Assembly (NCBI GenBank): GCA_035650735.1
Contig: DASRGZ010000064.1
Span: 62,001 to 84,564, forward strand
DNA length: 22,564 nucleotides
Reading direction: 5' to 3'
Origin: Chthonomonadaceae bacterium
Lineage (GTDB): Bacteria > Armatimonadota > Chthonomonadetes > Chthonomonadales > Chthonomonadaceae
In this document: piece by piece, positions 17,737 through 22,564 of the stretch
Numbering within the stretch: the first letter of the stretch is position 1
How the letters are laid out: each line of letters starts with the position of its first letter
Notes under the pieces: model-generated
Seen by the model: only the letters and a program-made list of their open reading frames with translations
What the model was told of the DNA's origin: nothing
Database searches by the model: none
Program-made: the position numbers and the translations under genes

Positions 17737-19044
17737 TCAGGCGCGGACAGGTTTGCCGGGCGGGGTGCGGCGGGGCTTGGGCTTGACGCCGCCCTCGTGC
17801 CGATGCTCCTGGTACATCTTGCTGATCTCGGCCCCGATGAGCAGCACAATGCCGGAGTAGTAGGCCCACATCACCAGCGCCACGAGGCCCCCGAACGTGC
17901 CGTAGAGCTTATTGTAGTTGCCGAAGTGGGTCAGGTAGACGGCAAACCCTTTCTTGAAGATCTCAAAAAGGACGCCGGTAATCGTCCCGCCGCACAGCGC
18001 CGCGCCCCAGCTGACCGGCGCATTGGGCAGGAATTTATAGATCAAGGTGAACATGGCGACGTCAATGGCGACGGCCACCAGTTCAAACAGGGCATCGATC
18101 CAGAAGGGGATATGCTTGGGCAGGCCCAGCCAGGGGATGTGCAGGTTGCGTACAAAGTTCGGGCCGGCAGATGGCAGCAGAGAGAGCAGGAAGAGAATCA
18201 CGGTACCGAGGAAGACGCCCAGGCAGACCAGCCGCAGCTTGATAAAACTGCGCGTCTCCTTCACGTCCCAGGCTGCGTTCATTGGGGCGGCGGCGGTGAC
18301 GAAGAACGAAATGGAAGTCCAGAGCAGCGAGAGCACGCCGAACACGACCGCTAGGATGCGTCCCTGCATCAGCCCCTGGGCCGATTGGGCGATATGGGTT
18401 TCCTGGATGACCTGATTGGCCGTATTCGCGGCCTGCGTTCCGGGCAGCCACTGCGCGACCACATTGCGCATATACTCCGCCGCCTGCTGGGGACTCACGA
18501 GAAAGCCCAGCACCGCCAGCGCCAGCAGCAGGATCGGCACCAATGAAAGGATGCCCCAGAAGGCCAGGGCCGCCGCTCGGGTAGAGTTATCGTCATCGCT
18601 GTAGCGCTTCGCAAGCTCCTTGACCAGTTCAACGAACCCCTGGAGCCTCCCGTGTTTGGCAGCCGGCTGCGCGGCCTCGGCGGGAGCCTCCGGCGCCTTT
18701 GCCGCGCTCTCCGGGGCAGGCCGTTCGGCCACGGCAGCGCCCGCGCCATCGGAGTCGGCGCTCTCGGCGGGCCGCTTCTGCGCTTCGATAGCCGGGCGCG
18801 TCTCGGTCCGTGGCCGCTTTTCGGCCTCTGCCGGCGCGCTCGCCGCCTTAAAGCTGCGCGCGAGGATGGCCGCTCCTGCCGCCGCTGCCAGCGTCCAGGA
18901 GATCGCTTCCCGCAGAAAGCCCTTGTGATGATCACGGATCGTCACCGCCTGGCGTATCTCATCTATCGAATCGCGGATCGTTTCCCTGGTCTCTTTCCAG
19001 TCGGGCCGCTCCACAGGCCCCGGCGCCACCGCCTGTCGGTTCAT
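17737..19044 (-). CDS. YihY/virulence factor BrkB family membrane protein with long N-terminal extension
   Basis: 'AAALAFWGILSLVPILL', 'MNAAWDVKETRSF', 'IYKFLPN', 'YNKLYGTFGGLVALVMWAYYS..VLLIGAE'. ATG 19044 follows GGAGGT; the ORF is open back to 19182. Confidence 0.9.
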   Translation of the reverse strand: MNRQAVAPGPVERPDWKETRETIRDSIDEIRQAVTIRDHHKGFLREAISWTLAAAAGAAILARSFKAASAPAEAEKRPRTETRPAIEAQKRPAESADSDGAGAAVAERPAPESAAKAPEAPAEAAQPAAKHGRLQGFVELVKELAKRYSDDDNSTRAAALAFWGILSLVPILLLALAVLGFLVSPQQAAEYMRNVVAQWLPGTQAANTANQVIQETHIAQSAQGLMQGRILAVVFGVLSLLWTSISFFVTAAAPMNAAWDVKETRSFIKLRLVCLGVFLGTVILFLLSLLPSAGPNFVRNLHIPWLGLPKHIPFWIDALFELVAVAIDVAMFTLIYKFLPNAPVSWGAALCGGTITGVLFEIFKKGFAVYLTHFGNYNKLYGTFGGLVALVMWAYYSGIVLLIGAEISKMYQEHRHEGGVKPKPRRTPPGKPVRA

Positions 19045-19178
19045 CTCTGTCTGCACCTCCGTCCGCCGCCCATCGCAGCAGGCGAACTGACCGAAACCTT
19101 TTGCAGAGTAGACGCCATTCTGCCCGCCGTGTTCCCAAAACCTGGCACGGCGGGCAGCATCAACGGCCATGAGCGCAT

Positions 19179-19742
19179 TCACCTGGAGAGGCTCTCTCTG
19201 CGCCCTCTCATCTCCGTGCGGTTCATGGACACCGTATCCATCACAATCCGTCCGTCTTTGAGCAAGCGCAGGTAAATGGTCTGTTTCTGGGTGAACACGG
19301 AGGCTTCCTCGCCCCGGAAGCTGACTACCGGCGTATCGGGCGGGGCGTCGGGTTTGGGCGGGCGGTATTCCAGGTGCATAGGCACGCTGCCGGCTGTCCC
19401 CCCTGGCGCTGCCGCCCCGCAGGTCAGCGCAGACTTATCGGGCAGATACTTGGGCACGAGATCGGCAAGGGCCGGAGGATACTTGCCTTTATGGTCCGTC
19501 GTGTACTTATTCAGGGCCATGCGAATAGCTTCCAGATTATCCGCACAGCTTGCCGCCTCCGTGTAAGCGGCCTGGAACCGCTTTGCCGTGGGGCTCCTCC
19601 AAAACCGATAGACCGCGATGGCGAAGGCGATTCCGATGATGAGCACGAGCACGCCACAGCCGGCCAATCCCCAGGTCAGGCAACTCGAACCGGACCTGCG
19701 CACAGGCGTGGGATAGCCTCCTCCTGGTACTCCCCCTGCCAT
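19179..19742 (-). CDS. Pilin/pseudopilin-like single-pass membrane protein lacking a prepilin cleavage motif
   Basis: RBS GAAAGGAG before ATG 19742. TM helix followed by ASCADNLEAIRMALNKYTTDHKGKYPPALADLVPKYL. Confidence 0.75.
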   Translation of the reverse strand: MAGGVPGGGYPTPVRRSGSSCLTWGLAGCGVLVLIIGIAFAIAVYRFWRSPTAKRFQAAYTEAASCADNLEAIRMALNKYTTDHKGKYPPALADLVPKYLPDKSALTCGAAAPGGTAGSVPMHLEYRPPKPDAPPDTPVVSFRGEEASVFTQKQTIYLRLLKDGRIVMDTVSMNRTEMRGRRESLSR

Positions 19743-19850
19743 GCCAACCTCTCCTTTCCGCCGCGCGGAATACCTCCTAATAAGCGGGTCGTTATTCGCC
19801 GCCGGTCGCCAAGTATAAGCGCTTGCTGGCAACTCCAGACTTGCAGGACA

Positions 19851-19859
19851 TGGTATACT
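19851..19859 (+). promoter_or_regulatory. Extended -10 promoter upstream of the repeat/HNH islet
   Basis: TGgTATACT (19851-19859). No good -35 at canonical spacing. Confidence 0.5.
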
Positions 19860-19957
19860 TCTAGAGAGGAACTAGTTCAGCTCCGTCTCTTTTTCGTCCT
19901 TAGGGATTAATTCAACCGAGCACTGCTTGGGAACGACGTTGAACCGGTTTGTCTATC

Positions 19958-20056
19958 GAACTTGGGCCATACTTCGTAGATCAGGAAGCTGGATCCGCCC
20001 GCCTTCGCCCCTCCCCGTCTGCGTGAACTTGGGCCATACTTCGTAGATCAGGAAGC
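19958..20056. repeat. Two identical 32-bp direct repeats with a 35-bp unique spacer (CRISPR-like mini-array geometry, function unproven)
   Basis: GAACTTGGGCCATACTTCGTAGATCAGGAAGC at 19958-19989 and 20025-20056. Spacer TGGATCCGCCCGCCTTCGCCCCTCCCCGTCTGCGT at 19990-20024. Confidence 0.95.
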
Positions 20057-20064
20057 CCTGTATA

Positions 20065-20412
20065 ATGGCGCTTTGCACCTACTGCGGCAAACACTTCACG
20101 CCTCGTCAGAAGAACCCGGGCTTCTGTTCCGCTGCCTGCAACACTGCTTACCGCCTGTCAGCCGAATTGATTGAGAACCGGATGGCGGCTTTTGTGCGCG
20201 ATAACTGGACTTGTAGCGACTGTGGACGAAGCCACTGTTACCTTGAAGTCCAGCATATCATCGGCTGTGCCGAAGGCGGTTCACATGAACTGGAGAACCT
20301 CGAAACGCTCTGTGTCACCTGCCATGACCGACGCCACCATCGCAAGCCGCGCCAGGTAGATACAAACGGCAGGCCGATCACAAAACGCAAACAGAAAGAG
20401 GCACCGACATGA
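20065..20412 (+). CDS. Small HNH endonuclease with N-terminal zinc finger
   Basis: CTYCGKHF...FCSAAC zinc finger, then HNH core RDNWTCSDCG...LEVQHII...GGSHELENLETLCVTCHDRRH, then a basic tail. Confidence 0.9.
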   Translation: MALCTYCGKHFTPRQKNPGFCSAACNTAYRLSAELIENRMAAFVRDNWTCSDCGRSHCYLEVQHIIGCAEGGSHELENLETLCVTCHDRRHHRKPRQVDTNGRPITKRKQKEAPT

Positions 20413-20720
20413 CTTCCGAATTTAATGCTAGCTCAGAGGTCGTTGCCACGCTGACCATGATAGAGCCGGGTATTTTGCTCGTACAAATTGGCAGCTATGG
20501 GATGACCCATCCTCCGGCTGCTCATCCCTTTGAGTATACGCGTGCCATCTTAAAGTCGCTGCGGTGGGAGGACGCAGAGATCGAGAGGTATATCTCTGCC
20601 GCGCAGGAAGTCGGGGCAACGGATGATAGGACCCTTGTTCTCAAAGTGCTTCAGCCACTCAGTCAGGCGTTGCGGGAGGCGACACGCAACACCCTAAATG
20701 AGATCGCGGCCCGCAAATAA
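20409..20720 (+). CDS. Hypothetical protein (103 aa), translationally coupled to the HNH gene
   Basis: ATGA start/stop overlap with the HNH gene, RBS AAAGAGG. No recognisable motif. Confidence 0.65.
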   Translation: MTSEFNASSEVVATLTMIEPGILLVQIGSYGMTHPPAAHPFEYTRAILKSLRWEDAEIERYISAAQEVGATDDRTLVLKVLQPLSQALREATRNTLNEIAARK

Positions 20721-20830
20721 GCTGTAGACCGGTCTTAGTTGATTTTCCTCTACTATATGCTACGCGCTGAATTCTGGCTGCTTCCTCCTCTTGCGTGAGA
20801 GGTCGCTGTCAGTCGGTCAGGAATGCATAC

Positions 20831-22348
20831 CTATTCCCCTCCGGTCGCTAGATGCATGATTTTTTCCTGCGTGGCTTCGGCGCGGGAGAGTTCGCCCGCG
20901 ATGCTGCCCTCGTGCATGACCAGGATGCGGTCGCTCATGCCCAGCACTTCCGGCAGTTCCGACGAGATCATGATGATGGCGACCCCCTGCGCGGCTAACT
21001 CGTTCATGAGCTTGTAGATCTCGCTCTTGGCGCCCACGTCAATGCCGCGCGTCGGCTCGTCAAAGATGAGCACCTTCGAGCCGGTAAAGAGCCACTTGGC
21101 CAGCACCACCTTCTGCTGGTTGCCGCCGGAAAGGTTCTGGACGGTCTGCTCGATGGAGGGGGTCTTGATGGCGAGGCTGGCGCGGTACTTCTCCGCCACC
21201 TGCCGTTCCTCGCGGCTGCGGATGAAGCCGAGCGTGGAGAGCGCGTCCAGGTTGGCGAGCGTGTTGTTCTCGCGCACCGCCATGCCCAGCACCAATCCCT
21301 GCTGCTTGCGATCCTCGGTCACCAGGCCGATGCCGTGCCGGATGGCGTCCTGGGGCGAGCGTATCTTGACGGGCCTGCCGAAAAGCTCAATCGTGCCGCC
21401 GTCAATAGGGTCGGCGCCGAAGATGGCGCGGGCCAACTCCGTGCGCCCGGCCCCGACCAGCCCCGCGATGCCCAGGATCTCGCCCTGCCGCACCGCAAAC
21501 GAGATGTCGTGCAGCACGCCCTTGCGGTTGAGATGCTTGACGGCCAGCGCGGGCGGCCCCGGCTCCGCCGCAACCTTCGGGATGGCCTCCTTGAGCTCGC
21601 GCCCCACCATCAACTGGATAATCCTCTCCCGCGTCAGGTTAGCGACGTCCTCCGTTGCGATCCAGTGCCCGTCCCGCAGGATGGTCGCCCGGTCGCAGAT
21701 CTCAAAGACCTCCTCCAGCCGGTGGGAGATGTAGACGATGCTGACGCCCTCCGCCTTCAACTGGCGTATCAGGGAGAACAGAGATTGCAGCTCATGCTCG
21801 GTGAGCGTGGCGCTCGGCTCGTCCATGACGATGATCTTAGCTTCCTTGCTAGTCGCCTTGGCGATCTCGACCATCTGCTGCTGCGCCACGCTCAACTGGT
21901 TGACCGGCGTGCGGGCATCCAGCCGCACGCCCAGGCGGTCCAGCACCTGCTGCGCCTCGCGGTAGAGCCGCTTAAAGTCCACAAAGCCGGGGAGGACAGC
22001 GTGCGGCTCCCGCCCCAGGAAGATATTCTCGCCTGCGCTCAGGTAAGGCACCAGGTTGAACTCCTGGTAGATGATGGAGACACCCAGATCCATCGCCTTT
22101 TGCGGGCTATCAATATGGACCGGACGGCCGCTGATCAGGATCTCACCGCTATCTTTGGGCTGTGCCCCGGCCAGAATTTTCATCAGCGTGGATTTTCCTG
22201 CGCCGTTCTCCCCCAGCAGCGCGTGGACTTCGCCCGCATAGACGGTCAGCGAGACGTCGTCGAGGGCGCGCACGCCGGGATACTGCTTGCTGATATGGCG
22301 CATCTCCAGCACGGGCGTCGCGATAGCTGTCGTCAGATGAGTGGTCAC
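20831..22348 (-). CDS. Sugar ABC transporter ATP-binding protein (RbsA/MglA-type, two ABC domains)
   Basis: [62 protein letters not shown] 22348 with RBS GAAGGA. Confidence 0.95.
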   Translation of the reverse strand: MTTHLTTAIATPVLEMRHISKQYPGVRALDDVSLTVYAGEVHALLGENGAGKSTLMKILAGAQPKDSGEILISGRPVHIDSPQKAMDLGVSIIYQEFNLVPYLSAGENIFLGREPHAVLPGFVDFKRLYREAQQVLDRLGVRLDARTPVNQLSVAQQQMVEIAKATSKEAKIIVMDEPSATLTEHELQSLFSLIRQLKAEGVSIVYISHRLEEVFEICDRATILRDGHWIATEDVANLTRERIIQLMVGRELKEAIPKVAAEPGPPALAVKHLNRKGVLHDISFAVRQGEILGIAGLVGAGRTELARAIFGADPIDGGTIELFGRPVKIRSPQDAIRHGIGLVTEDRKQQGLVLGMAVRENNTLANLDALSTLGFIRSREERQVAEKYRASLAIKTPSIEQTVQNLSGGNQQKVVLAKWLFTGSKVLIFDEPTRGIDVGAKSEIYKLMNELAAQGVAIIMISSELPEVLGMSDRILVMHEGSIAGELSRAEATQEKIMHLATGGE

Positions 22349-22397
22349 GCGGTTTCCTTCTCTCATATATACATTTGCATGCAGCGGATACTCCAAA

Positions 22398-22564
22398 CCT
22401 CACCCCCGGCCCCTCTCCTTCGTAAGGAGAGGGGAGCAGCCTTACTCCCAGGTTCTTCGGTTCTGCCTTCTCTCCCCTCCTCCCCGGCCCTTCTCCCTGC
22501 AAGGCAGAAGGGAGAGCAGAAGCCGGATCATCCGCTTCCCCCTCTCCCGCAGCGTGGGAGAGGG
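22398..22564. repeat. REP/REPIN-like palindromic element, family 1, copy C (runs off the window end)
   Basis: CCTCACCCCCGGCCCCTCTCCTTCGTAAGGAGAGGGG at the left. 22539-22564 is the reverse complement of the hairpin shared by copies A and B. Confidence 0.85.

Noticed and set aside
19958..20056. Calling the repeat pair a bona fide CRISPR array
   Set aside because: Only two repeats, no degenerate third unit one period up- or downstream, no cas genes in the window, and no recognisable CRISPR repeat consensus. Reported as a repeat and as a hypothesis.
19953..20078. Short minus-strand ORF through the repeats (VQSAIIQGFLIYEVWPKFTQ...)
   Set aside because: About 41 codons, no RBS, and antisense to the HNH start. 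Not called, though its coding-like look keeps open that the 32-mer is a duplicated gene fragment.
4099..22502. Many long antisense or alternate-frame ORFs (e.g. 7580-8902 +, 5104-6003 +, 15494-16330 +, 21027-21734 +)
   Set aside because: Shadow ORFs of well-supported genes in high-GC DNA, with no motifs of their own.

Overview
GC-rich bacterial chromosomal window. The gene content (a DUF1559/prepilin-type protein with a small partner behind a GntR-LacI hybrid regulator, TPR + CRTAC1/ASPIC-UnbV pairs, a HEAT protein with an 'LLRA' tail) suggests Armatimonadota, possibly Chthonomonadales-like; this is inference. Left to right: the 3' end of ftsK; a regulator / small membrane protein / DUF1559 operon with a clear promoter and terminator; an AT-richer, broken secreted-protein gene; a 7-kb minus-strand operon (membrane protein, TPR, CRTAC1, TPR, CRTAC1); an Ldh_2 oxidoreductase converging on an M20 peptidase; a HEAT protein; a clan GH-A glycoside hydrolase; mobA-moaC; YihY; a pilin-like protein; a small AT-richer islet; and a sugar ABC ATPase. 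Two families of palindromic intergenic repeats recur. The most unusual locus is the islet at about 19850-20830. It has an extended -10 promoter and a hairpin-rich leader, then two identical 32-bp repeats separated by a 35-bp unique spacer (CRISPR-like geometry, no cas genes in the window). A stand-alone zinc-finger HNH nuclease starts 8 nt after the second repeat and is translationally coupled to a 103-aa unknown protein. All protein calls rest on motif recognition by eye, not database searches.
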